This document shows, one piece after another, positions 9,340 through 18,391 of a DNA stretch of 18,391 nucleotides (positions are counted from its first letter, which is position 1; each line of letters opens with the position of its first letter). The notes below the pieces were generated by a model. The model did not search any database and was not told the DNA's origin. It saw nothing but the letters and a program-made list of their open reading frames with translations. A program made the translations under genes and the position numbers. The DNA comes from Octopus sinensis. Taxonomy: Eukaryota. Where the stretch lies: positions 1-18,391 of the forward strand of contig NW_021824345.1 in NCBI RefSeq assembly GCF_006345805.1, given 5' to 3'.

Positions 9340-9459
9340 ACCACTACCACCACCCCCTTCCTCCCTCACTGACATGATTGCTAATTCTTTTCTCGTTCGC
9401 TCCATTGATGATAGAATAAATACTACAAACTGGGTCGGTCAATACAGTGTAGTGTGCTG

Positions 9460-9704
9460 CGTGTGTATATATATATGTATATATATATATGTGTATGTCG
9501 GTGTTGTGTGTATATCTATGGGTGTATACGGTGCATGTGTGTGCTTCTGTGTGAGTATGTGTCTAAGTATACGCGTGTGCGTTTGTGCATATATATATAT
9601 ATATATACGTGTGTGCTTGTAAGAACATATCTTGACTGCGGGTGTATATATATACATGTGCTTGTGTGTGTGTGTGCATATCTGTGTGAGTATATATATG
9701 TATG

Positions 9705-9737
<33 letters not shown>

Positions 9738-9755
9738 GTGTATATACGCATGTGC

Positions 9756-9789
<34 letters not shown>

Positions 9790-9875
9790 ATACATGTGTC
9801 TGTGTGTGAGTATATATATATATATATATATGGAAGCAAGTATGTATATATGTATACACGCACACATGTATGTAT

Positions 9876-9924
<49 letters not shown>

Positions 9925-9976
9925 TTTTATGCTATCAATGCTTGAGTGCACGCATGTAGTGTATGTGTGTGTGTGT
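9460..9976. repeat. (TA)n/(TG)n degenerate dinucleotide field
   Basis: Directly visible. Confidence 0.93.
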
Positions 9977-10166
9977 AGGTTGTTTGGTTTCGTCTCAGCT
10001 GTGTTCGAGCAGATCAATGACCGAAGCGATTCCATCCGTGACCATCCTGTCTTGTTTTTTTTTTGTTTGTTTTTTTTTCCTTTTATTTATATTATTATTA
10101 TTATTATTATTATTATTGTTTTGGTCTTTCTTTTTTGTGTTCAATCCAACTCGGGACATTCAGAAG

Positions 10167-10875
10167 ACAGGTGAATTGAGGGAGATTAGTTGCTGCTATT
10201 TCTAGCAGATCTTGTTCCCTCATTGGCTCATACACATGTACAGACAGCAGGCAGTAGGGTGTGATTTGAGGAAGATTTGGCAGCTATTTCTACAATGTCT
10301 AGCTACCACGTAAAGGTCTCCCTCATAGGCTCATAAATACACATATACACACCTAAGACAGTAAGGTGTAATTGGAGGCAGATTTAGCTGCTATTTCTAC
10401 CAGGTCTAGCTACCATGTAGAGGTCTCCCTCATTGGCTCATACATATATAAGACAGGTGTAATTGGAGGCAGATTTGGCTGCTATTTCTACCAGGTCTAG
10501 CTACCATGTAGAGGTTTCCCTCATTGGCTCATACATACATATATATATATACATATATAATTCAGTAAGGTGTAATTGGAAGCAGATTTGGCTGCTATTT
10601 CTACCAGGTCTAGCTACCATGTAGAGGTTTCCCTCATTGGCTCATACATACATATATGACAGGTGTAACTGGAGGCAGATTTGGCTGCTATTTCTACCAG
10701 GTCAAGCAGCCTTGTGGAGGTCTCTCTTATTGGCTCATACATATATACATATACCTACCTACATACATACGGATCTATCTATATATATACACACACACAT
10801 AAGACAGTAGGGTGTGATTTGAGGGAAAAATTTGGTGGTGATTTCTAGCAGGTCAATCTATTATGCAAAGGTCTT
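10167..10875 (+). repeat. Seven diverged forward copies of a ~75 bp core separated by variable TA/CA spacers
   Basis: Core GGTGT(A/G)ATT(G/T)GAGG.AGATTTGGCTGCTATTTCTA.CAGGTCTAGCTACCA(T/C)GTAGAGGT.TCCCTCATTGGCTCATA at ~10170, 10258, 10365, 10456, 10569, 10662 and 10811. Confidence 0.92.
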
Positions 10876-10879
10876 CGTG

Positions 10880-11092
10880 CACGTGGTAGATTGACCTGGT
10901 GAAAACAGCAGCCAAATTCACCTCAAATCACATCCTATGTATATATGTATGTATGAGCCAACGAGGGTGACCTATTCATGTTCGCTGGAGCTATTAGACA
11001 TAACAGCCAAAACGCCCTCAAAATCACACCTTAATGTCTTATGTACGTGAATATGTATGAACCAGCGAAGGAGAGCTGTTCATGGTAGACTG
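10880..11092 (-). repeat. Diverged reverse-orientation copies of the same core
   Basis: GCAGCCAAATTCACCTCAAATCACATCCT (~10908) and ACAGCCAAAACGCCCTCAAAATCACACC (~11003). TATGAGCCAACGAGGG (~10952) is the near reverse complement of CCCTCATTGGCTCATA. Confidence 0.88.
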
Positions 11093-12730
11093 ACATGCTA
11101 AAAATAGCAACCTAATCTCACCCAAATCACATCCTACCGTTTTGTGGGCATTTTCCTATGAGGCAACGTGGGACATCTTACATGGTCGCTAGAACATGCT
11201 AGAAATAGCAGCCAAATCTCACCCAAATCACATCCTACCGTTTTGTGGGCATTTTCCTATGAGGCAACGTGGGACATCTTACACGGTCGCTAGAACATGC
11301 TAGAAATAGCAGCCAAATCTCACCCAATTCACATCCTACCGTTTTATGAGCACTTTCCTATGAGGCAACGTGGGACATCTTACATGGTCGCTAGAACATG
11401 CTAAAAATAGCAACCAAATCTCACCCAAATCACATCCTACCGTTTTATGGGCACTTTCCTATGAGGCAACGTGGGACATCTTATATGGTCGCTAGAACAT
11501 GCTAGAAATAGCAACCAAATCTCACCCAAATCACATCCTACCGTTTTATGACCATTTTCCTATGAGGCAACGTGGGACATCTTACATGGTCGCTAGAACA
11601 TGCTAGAAATAGCAGCCAAATCTCACCCAAATCACATCCTACCGTTTTATGACCATTTTCCTATAAGGCAACGTGGGACATCTTACATGGTCGCTAGAAC
11701 ATGCTAGAAATAGCAGCCAAATCTCACCCAAATCACATCCTACCGTTTTATGACCATTTTCCTATGAGGCAACGTGGGACATCTTACATGGTCGCTAGAA
11801 CATGCTAGAAATAGCAGCCAAATCTCACAAATCACATCCTACCGTTTATGGGCATTTTCCTATGAGGCAACGTGGGACATCTTACATGGTCGCTAGAACA
11901 TGCTAGAAATAGCAGCCAATCTCACCCAAATCACATCCTACGTTTTATGACCATTTTCCTATGAGGCAACGTGGGACACTTACACGGTCGCTAGAACATG
12001 CTAGAAATAGCAACCAAATCTCACCCAAATCACATCCTACCGTTTTATGGGCACTTTCCTATGAGGCAACGTGGGACATCTTACATGGTCGCTAGAACAT
12101 GCTAGAAATAGCAACCAAATCTCACCCAAATCACATCAACCGTTTTATGAGCATTTTCCTATGAGGCAACGTGGGACATCTTACATGGTCGCTAGAACAT
12201 GCTAGAAATAGCAGCAAAATCTCACCCAAATCACATCCTACCGTTTTGTGGGCATTTTCCTATGAGGCAACGTGGGACATCTTACACGGTCGCTAGAACA
12301 TGCTAGAAATAGCAACCAAATCTCACCCAAATCACATCCTACCGTTTTATGGGCACTTTCCTATGAGGCAACGTGGGACATCTTACATGGTCGCTAGAAC
12401 ATGCTAGAAATAGCAGCCAAATCTCACCCAAATCACATCCTACCGTTTTATGACCATTTTCCTATGAGGCAACGTGGGACATCTTACATGGTCGCTAGAA
12501 CATGCTAGAAATAGCAGCCAAATCTCACCCAAATCACATCCTACCGTTTTATGACCATTTTCCTATGAGGCAACGTGGGACATCTTACACGGTCGCTAGA
12601 ACATGCTAGAAATAGCAGCAAAATCTCACCCAAATCACATCCTACCGTTTTATGGGCACTTTCCTATGAGGCAACGTGGGACATCTTACATGGTCGCTAG
12701 AACATGCTAGAAATAGCAGCTAAATCTCAC
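11093..12730 (-). repeat. Homogeneous 101 bp tandem satellite, 16 units, reverse orientation relative to 10167-10875
   Basis: AGGCAACGTGGGAC anchors at 11161, 11262, 11363, 11464, 11565, 11666, 11767, 11865, 11964, 12064, 12164, 12265, 12366, 12467, 12568 and 12669. The unit contains TAGAAATAGCAGCCAAATCT, the reverse complement of AGATTTGGCTGCTATTTCTA. Confidence 0.97.
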
Positions 12731-12821
12731 TTGAGCCAACTCCAATTACACAGGCAGTGTGTGTATATATATGTTCTATTATTCTTTTATTTTCAGTTAT
12801 TTATTTATTTTTTTTTTTGCA

Positions 12822-12935
12822 TTTGTTTCATTCATTAGACTGTGGCCATGCTGGAGCAACGCTTGAAAAATTTGTAGTCAAACGAACCGACCCCTAGGTT
12901 AGGCCTGGTTATTCTATTAGCGACTGCCGAACCAC
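12822..12935 (-). mobile_element. Diverged 3' fragment related to the 430 bp SINE family
   Basis: TTGTTTCATTCATTAGACTGTGGCCATGCTGGAGCA matches TTGTTTCAGTCATTTGACTGCGGCCATGCTGGAGCA at ~17679-17714. Confidence 0.8.
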
Positions 12936-12969
12936 ACAGCGTGATTTGTGGAATACAAACATACTACAC

Positions 12970-12981
12970 GTGTATATTATA

Positions 12982-13021
<40 letters not shown>

Positions 13022-13447
13022 TATATATATATATTTATAATATACACACCACACATATATCATAATATTTATATCTATGTATTTATATATAACACCCACA
13101 TATATATATATATACTAGATATATATGTATATATTTATACACAACATATAATATTATATATGTATATATATAAATACACACACAAACAATATATATATAT
13201 GTATGTATATATACACACACACACACACAATATATATATGTATGTTATATATATACACACACACACACATATATATATAATATCTCCTCTTTGTGTATGT
13301 AGCACTTGTTCTTTATTGGAAGCCTTTTAATTGTATTTATATATATACTATATATATATAATATACTACATATAACACATGTATATATATGTATATATAT
13401 ATACATATATGCATAATATTTATAAATAGACACGCGGGCGCACAACA

Positions 13448-13496
<49 letters not shown>

Positions 13497-13516
13497 CCTA
13501 TATATTTTATTTAAAG

Positions 13517-13552
<36 letters not shown>

Positions 13553-13665
13553 TATATATAATTAGAGAGAGAGAGAGAGAAAGGGAAGGAGAGCATGTTG
13601 ATAGTGACTATACACACACACACACACATATATATAATCATACACACACACACACGTACATATCA
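12970..13665. repeat. (TA)n/(CA)n AT-rich low-complexity field
   Basis: Directly visible. Confidence 0.93.
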
Positions 13666-13735
13666 TATAGCTGTTATTTCTAGCAAGGCCGACCAAACGA
13701 CCAGCTCACAACAACACACACACACACACAACAGG

Positions 13736-13892
13736 CTCCCTCCCTCCCTCCCTTCCTCGTCTCCCCTCCCCCCCTGCCTGGCTGGCTGGCTCTTGTCCGG
13801 CTGGCAACCTAAGCTTGTCGGCTGGCCGGCCGGCCGGTCGGTCGGCTGGTTGGTCGGTTGGCTGGCTGGCTGGCTGGCTGGTTGGCCTGCTG
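13736..13892. repeat. GC-rich simple repeats (CCCT)n and (GGCT/GGCC/GGTC)n
   Basis: Directly visible tetranucleotide periodicity. Confidence 0.88.
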
Positions 13893-14052
13893 GTAGTATT
13901 ATATAGAGTAGCGTGGCTGACCTCATACATGGTGTTGGGGCCTATAACTTTGACCCATAGTTAAAAACATCTTATCGATCTATTTTCGTCGACGCGGAAT
14001 AGTTCATCCTAGCAGGCTGTCTTACAACCTTGCCTCTGTTTCTGGTGTACGT

Positions 14053-14444
14053 ACATACACACACACACACACATACATCGATGGAGATGTGCAGATAGAT
14101 GTGAACATAAATACAGACACACACACACACACAGATATATATATATATATATAAGCATATATATATATATATATATATATAAGCCTATGGTCAGATATTT
14201 TCATTTTACTAAACAAACATAGGTGTGTGTGTGTGTGTGTGTGAGTGTGTATATATATATGTACCTTAATATAGATGAGTGTAGACAGACAGACAGATAG
14301 ATAGATAGATAGTTAGATAGATAGATAGATAGGTAGGTAGGTAGGTAGGTAGGTAGATAGATAGGTAGGTAGATAGATAGATAGATAGATAGATAGATAT
14401 ATAGGTAGATAGATAGATAGATAGATAGATATATAGGTAGATAT

Positions 14445-14492
<48 letters not shown>

Positions 14493-14598
14493 TTAGGTAG
14501 ATAGCTATTAGGTAGATAGATAGGTACATAGATACATAGGGAGATAGGTAGATAACTCGTAGTCAAAAAGATAAAAAGATCTCCTCCTGATTATATAT

Positions 14599-14639
<41 letters not shown>

Positions 14640-14792
14640 CATACATACATACATACAGAGAGAGAGAGAGAGAGAAACGATAGAAAGAAAAGGAGGGAGA
14701 GGAAGAGACGTATGTACAACAGACATATATAAACACCTACCTACACACACACGTACACACACACACACACACACGCATGCACCCACGCACAC
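14053..14792. repeat. Mixed (CA), (TA), (TG), (GATA)/(GGTA), (GA) microsatellites
   Basis: Directly visible. GATA/GGTA block at ~14283-14552. Confidence 0.93.
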
Positions 14793-15332
14793 AAACTGCA
14801 GGCGAAGCTAAGAACAGAATTAATGAAGCCAACATTGGTCGTCTTTGAAACTTCACAAGAACTTCTGGACGGCGAAAGATTTTCCCGCTCTGCCAGCCTT
14901 CAAAACCACATTGACAGTCTGAAGAAGTGTTTTTCTACCAACTCCGCTTCTATAAGCTCTGCGTTGAATATTTATTGAATGCTAAAAAACAGACCCCAAT
15001 ACATTCCTTCCAAACGGCCAGAGCGAATGATACACATTCTTCGACAGGAAAAAGTCTCAGAGACTGAGCCCCTCCCCCGCTCAGTGCCGTCCAGTAACCA
15101 CATTATCTTATATAGATATCACCTGTTTTGGTCTATTCATTTTAAAAATTGACAACGGACAGCTTTCCGAAACGTCATTTCTGTATTTTTTTTATTATTA
15201 TAATTATCATTTTTTTCGTAGTTAGGTGAGACGTTCGTTCGTTGAGCACCGCAAATGTTAATTCAGAGTTTGTACGATGTAGTCTTATTGCATCTGAACA
15301 AACCAAGAGTGGATCAACTGTGCAAAATAAGG

Positions 15333-15575
15333 AGACGAAATACCTATTTCTTTACTACTCACAAGGGGCTAAACACAGAGAGGACAAACAAGGACAGACA
15401 AACGGATTAAGTCGATTATATCGACCCCAGTGCGTAACTGGTACTTAATTTATCGACCCCGAAAGCATGAAAGGCAAAGTCGACCTCGGCGGAATTTGAA
15501 CTCAGAACGTAACGGCAGACGAAGTACGGTTACGCATTTCGACCGGCGTGCTAACGATTCTGCCAGCTCGCCTCC
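15333..15575 (-). mobile_element. Full-length MetaSINE-like element plus the first ~12 nt of a second tandem unit
   Basis: The reverse strand reads GGAGGCGAGCTGGCAGAATCGTTAGCACGCCGG...GAGTTCAAATTCC...GTAGTAAAGAAATAG|GTATTTCGTCT, colinear with 255-490. Confidence 0.92.
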
Positions 15576-15690
15576 CTATCACGAAAAATACCAGAGCCGG
15601 TAGGACATTGGCAAGAGAAAAAAAACCTTGCCAGTCACCCCTAAATACTCTCATTAATGAGTTTATAGTCACCAACCATATGGTTAAATC

Positions 15691-15903
15691 CAGCGCTGTG
15701 TAGCCGAAAGAAAAAACTTCGACTCCGACTCTACTATTAGCACCTCTGACTCCGACTCCCCTATTATTGGCACCTCCGACACCGACTCCTCATTTTGTAA
15801 TTAAGTGGTTGTAGCCTATGAGTTATAACTAGTTTATATTAAAGAATAAAGATATTGTGAGTCGGAGTCGGGATAGTTTTACAGACTCCGATCCACAAAC
15901 CTG
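15691..15903. mobile_element. 213 bp hAT-type MITE with GACTCC subterminal repeats and 8 bp TSD
   Basis: Ends CAGCGCTGTG.../...CCACAAACCTG. TSD GTTAAATC at 15683-15690 and 15904-15911. GACTCCGACTC motifs at 15721-15789, inverted GAGTCGGAGTCGG at ~15859. Confidence 0.88.
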
Positions 15904-15910
15904 GTTAAAT

Positions 15911-15960
15911 CAGTGGTTTTCAACCAGGGTCCACTTGACACTTAATGGTCCATATAAGTT
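15911..15960. mobile_element. Terminal fragment of a hAT (Charlie-like) MITE
   Basis: CAGTGGTTTTCAACC...GGTCCA...GGTCCATA resembles CAG(T/G)GGTTCTCAACC hAT-Charlie termini. A similar terminus is at 17635. Confidence 0.55.
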
Positions 15961-16302
15961 TAGGTACAAGGCCCGAAATTTGAACTCGGAACGTAAAGAC
16001 AGACGGAATACCTGTTTCTTTACTACCCACAAGGGACTAAAGACAGAAGGGACAAACGGATTAAGTCGATTATATCGACCCCAGTGCGTAACTGGTACTT
16101 ATTTAATCGATCCTGAAAGGATGAAAGGCAAAGTCGACCTCGGCGGAATTTGAACCAGAATGTAATGACAAACGAAATACCTATTTCTTTACTACCCACA
16201 AGGGGCTAAACACAGAGAGGACAAAGAAGGACAGACAAACGGATTAAGTCGATTATATCGACCCCAGTGCGTAACTGGTACTTATTTAACCGACCCCGAA
16301 AG
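15961..16302 (-). mobile_element. Headless multimer of the MetaSINE-like body/tail unit (~2.3 units)
   Basis: TTTCTTTACTACCCACAAGGG..AAACGGATTAAGTCGATTATATCGACCCCAGTGCGTAACTGG occurs twice (~16015 and ~16185), with the same junction as at 479. Confidence 0.9.
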
Positions 16303-16320
16303 GGCAATAAAGAAATAAGA

Positions 16321-16531
16321 TTGTGGTTTCGATTCTTGGACGAGGCGGCGACGCGTTGTGTCCTTGAGCAAAACACTTCATTTTACGTTGCTCTGCTCAG
16401 CTGGCAAAGCGAGTAAATCCAGCGAAGGACTGGCGCCCTATCCATGTGGGGAATATATGCGCCATGGAAACCGAGAAACGGGCCCTTGTGAGTAGGTATG
16501 ATTCGATATGGTACCTTTATATTTACTTTAC
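16321..16531 (+). mobile_element. 5'-truncated tRNA-derived SINE of a third family (V-SINE-like)
   Basis: B-box-like GGTTTCGATTC (16325), GTTGTGTCCTTGAGCAAAACACTT, and CCAGCGAAGGACTGGCGCCCTATCCA, which resembles the V-domain CCTGCGATGGACTGGC..CC.GTCCA (from recall). Short-repeat tail TTTAC. Confidence 0.65.
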
Positions 16532-16532
16532 C

Positions 16533-16796
16533 TCATGAAACTTTCAGCCTGGACTCTCACGCTTGACCAACTGGGTCTATGGATAGTAGCCAAGCATGTC
16601 ACTCTTGGTCCACCCCTTGGTCTTCTGTTGTTTGTTGGGGGCAGAATCTTCAGGTACCCTTCCATAGGGTCCTATAAGAAGTAACCGACATTAGACTTTA
16701 CGGTTGGAATCTCAAGCTTGACCAACTGGGTCTATGGATAGTAGCCAAGCATGTCACTCTTGGTCCACCCCTTGGTCTTCTGTTGTTTGTTGGGGG

Positions 16797-16800
<4 letters not shown>
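16533..16800 (-). mobile_element. RTE-clade LINE C-terminal coding fragment, tandemly repeated with a 155 bp period
   Basis: The reverse strand translates PTNNRRPRGGPRVTCLATIHRPSWSSLRFQP*SLMSVTSYRTLWK, similar to the RTE end motif (G.RPRGRP...W....DR..W). 16561-16645 is identical to 16716-16800. Confidence 0.75.
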
Positions 16801-16827
<27 letters not shown>

Positions 16828-17018
16828 GAGATAAGAGAAAGAGAAAAGGAGAGAATGAGAAAGACAGGGAGAGACAGAAAGATAAACAGATGAGAAGAAA
16901 GATAGAGGGAGAGAAGGAGAGGAGACAGAGTGAAAGACAGACAGGGAGAAAAACAGAGAGAGAAAGAGAGTGAGAAAGTCGGAGAGAGAGAGAGAAAGAC
17001 AGAAAGAAAACCAAAGAC

Positions 17019-17051
<33 letters not shown>

Positions 17052-17285
17052 AAATAGCGAAAGACGGAGGGAGAGAGAGAGAAGATAGATAGATAGATAG
17101 ATAGATAGATGAAAAGAAAAATAGTGAGAGAGACAGAGGGAGGGGGCTGAGAGAAAGAGAGACAGAGAGACAAAGAGAGAAAGATAAGTATAAAGAAAGA
17201 GTCAGACAGAGAAGGAGAGAGAGAGATACACACACAGAAGTGAGAGAATAAAGATAGTATGAGAAAGAGAGAGAGAAAGAGAGAG
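16801..17285. repeat. GA-rich low-complexity tract
   Basis: Directly visible. Confidence 0.93.
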
Positions 17286-17477
17286 TATTTCTTTATTCAC
17301 CATAAGGTTGAGAAAAAGAGGGGACAAAACAAACGTTGGGGTCAGGGTATCGAATGAGACGAAATGTATGAATAAACAAACAATTAAAATATATACAATT
17401 AAATGATAATGAGTGATTAACAAAAAATGAAGCGGAGGACGCGGTCGACCCCACAAGAGAGCTGGACCCTACTAGCC
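17286..17477 (-). mobile_element. Probable second LINE 3' UTR end fragment
   Basis: The reverse strand ends TTTTGTCCCCTCTTTTTCTCAACCTTATGGTGAATAAAGAAATA, the same TTTGTCCCCTCT...TAAAGAAATA frame as the SINE tail and 5568-5606. Confidence 0.55.
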
Positions 17478-17634
17478 ATTTGATGTTTAAAACCTAGTTT
17501 TATAGAAACCCCTTTCAAAATCCCTGTTTTGTTTTCCACACATTAACCTCTGTAGGTTGATCTATGTAAAATTTTAGGGAAAGAAACCCAGCCGTTTCTT
17601 GCAATGAACCCCAATACATACATACATCTAAAAT

Positions 17635-18140
17635 CAGGGGTTCTTCACCGTTTTCTTTATCTCTCTTTACTCTTTTACTTGTTTCAGTCATTTGACTGCG
17701 GCCATGCTGGAGCACCACCTTTATTAGTCGAGCAAATCGACCCCCCGGGACTTATTCTTTTTTGTAAGCCCAGTACTTATTCTATCGGTCTCTTTTTGCC
17801 GAACTGCTAAGTGACGGGGACGTAAACACACCAGCATCGGTTGTCAAGCGATGGTGGGGGGACAAACACAGATACACAAACATATACACACACATACATA
17901 CATATACACATATATATATACATATATACGACAGGCTTCTTTCAGTTTCCGTCTACCAAATCCACTCACAAGGCATTGGTCGGCCCGAGGCTATAGCAGA
18001 AGACACTTGCCCGAGGTGCCACGCAGTAGGAATGAACCCGGAACCATGTGGTTGGTAAGCAAGCTACATACCACACAGCCACTCCTGCGCCTATCTATAG
18101 AACTCCGTGAAATACTATTTTATTCCATTGGACCTCCGTA
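17635..18140. mobile_element. hAT-like MITE end interrupted by the SINE at 17663-18091
   Basis: Removing the SINE and one TATCT copy (17658-17662 / 18092-18096) restores CAGGGGTTCTTCACCGTTTTCTTTATCTATAGAACTCC...TGGACCTCC, a Charlie-like terminus. Confidence 0.55.
17663..18091 (-). mobile_element. Full-length ~430 bp tRNA-derived SINE (same family as 2681-3106)
   Basis: Reverse complement runs from GGCGCAGGAGTGGCTGTGTGG to GACTGAAACAAGTAAAAGAGTAAAGAG. Candidate 5 bp TSD TATCT. Confidence 0.93.
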
Positions 18141-18187
18141 CCAATTTGACGTTAAACTAGTTTCATTGAAACTTCTTTCAAAATTCT

Positions 18188-18391
18188 GGATCTTTTCGCT
18201 CTGACCGGCAGATTTTTAAAATAATTTCTTTGTAACTAAACACTTTTAAACTTCGTATACTGGTAGAATGTGTTTATAATACATCTTTTTCTCTTGGCTT
18301 TATTGAGAAAATTCTACGGTTTGTAAGATATTTGTTCTTTAATTTCTTGCATTTCGGCAATTTCAACCAATCAATGATGTCTATTGAGGTC
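18188..18391 (-). mobile_element. Second copy of the GGATCTTTTCG MITE, inverted, cut by the window end
   Basis: Reverse complement of ~3592-3791 (e.g. AACTAAACACTTTTAAACTTCGTATACTGGTAGAATGTGTTTATAA). TIR GGATCTTTTCGCTCTGACCGGCAGATTTTT is more diverged. Confidence 0.93.

Noticed and set aside
9980-10055. Apparent splice acceptor (TTTCGTCTCAG) and exon-like sequence
   Set aside because: No convincing donor or recognisable peptide. It more likely belongs to the repeat family adjoining the 10167 array.
6147-10205. Many overlapping ORFs up to 367 aa on both strands
   Set aside because: Stop-free frames of CTAT/TA/CA/TG microsatellites with no domain content.
10167-12730. CRISPR-like repeat/spacer appearance
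   Set aside because: Repeats are 75-101 bp, spacers are microsatellite or absent, there are no cas genes, and the context is eukaryotic.
13668-13705. Extra copy of the array core (TAGCTGTTATTTCTAGCAAGG)
   Set aside because: Only ~20 bp of similarity. It is consistent with a dispersed family but too short to annotate.

Overview
Repeat-dense, non-coding eukaryotic DNA, either intronic or intergenic. The SINE families and the load of GATA/TA/CA/GA microsatellites resemble octopus (coleoid cephalopod) genomes; that assignment is from recall, not a search. I find no intact protein-coding gene, and nearly all listed ORFs are translated microsatellites. The window holds three tRNA-derived SINE families (one recurrently multimeric), a frameshifted L1/Tx1-type ORF2 C-terminal fragment, two probable LINE 3' UTR fragments and a tandemly duplicated RTE tail. 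It also has several MITEs (three complete, with clear TSDs) and a Penelope-like repeat carrying a minimal hammerhead ribozyme fold (5304-5349). The most striking structure is a 2.6-kb asymmetric inverted array (10167-12751): 7 diverged forward units face 2-3 diverged reverse units plus 16 homogenised 101-bp reverse units.
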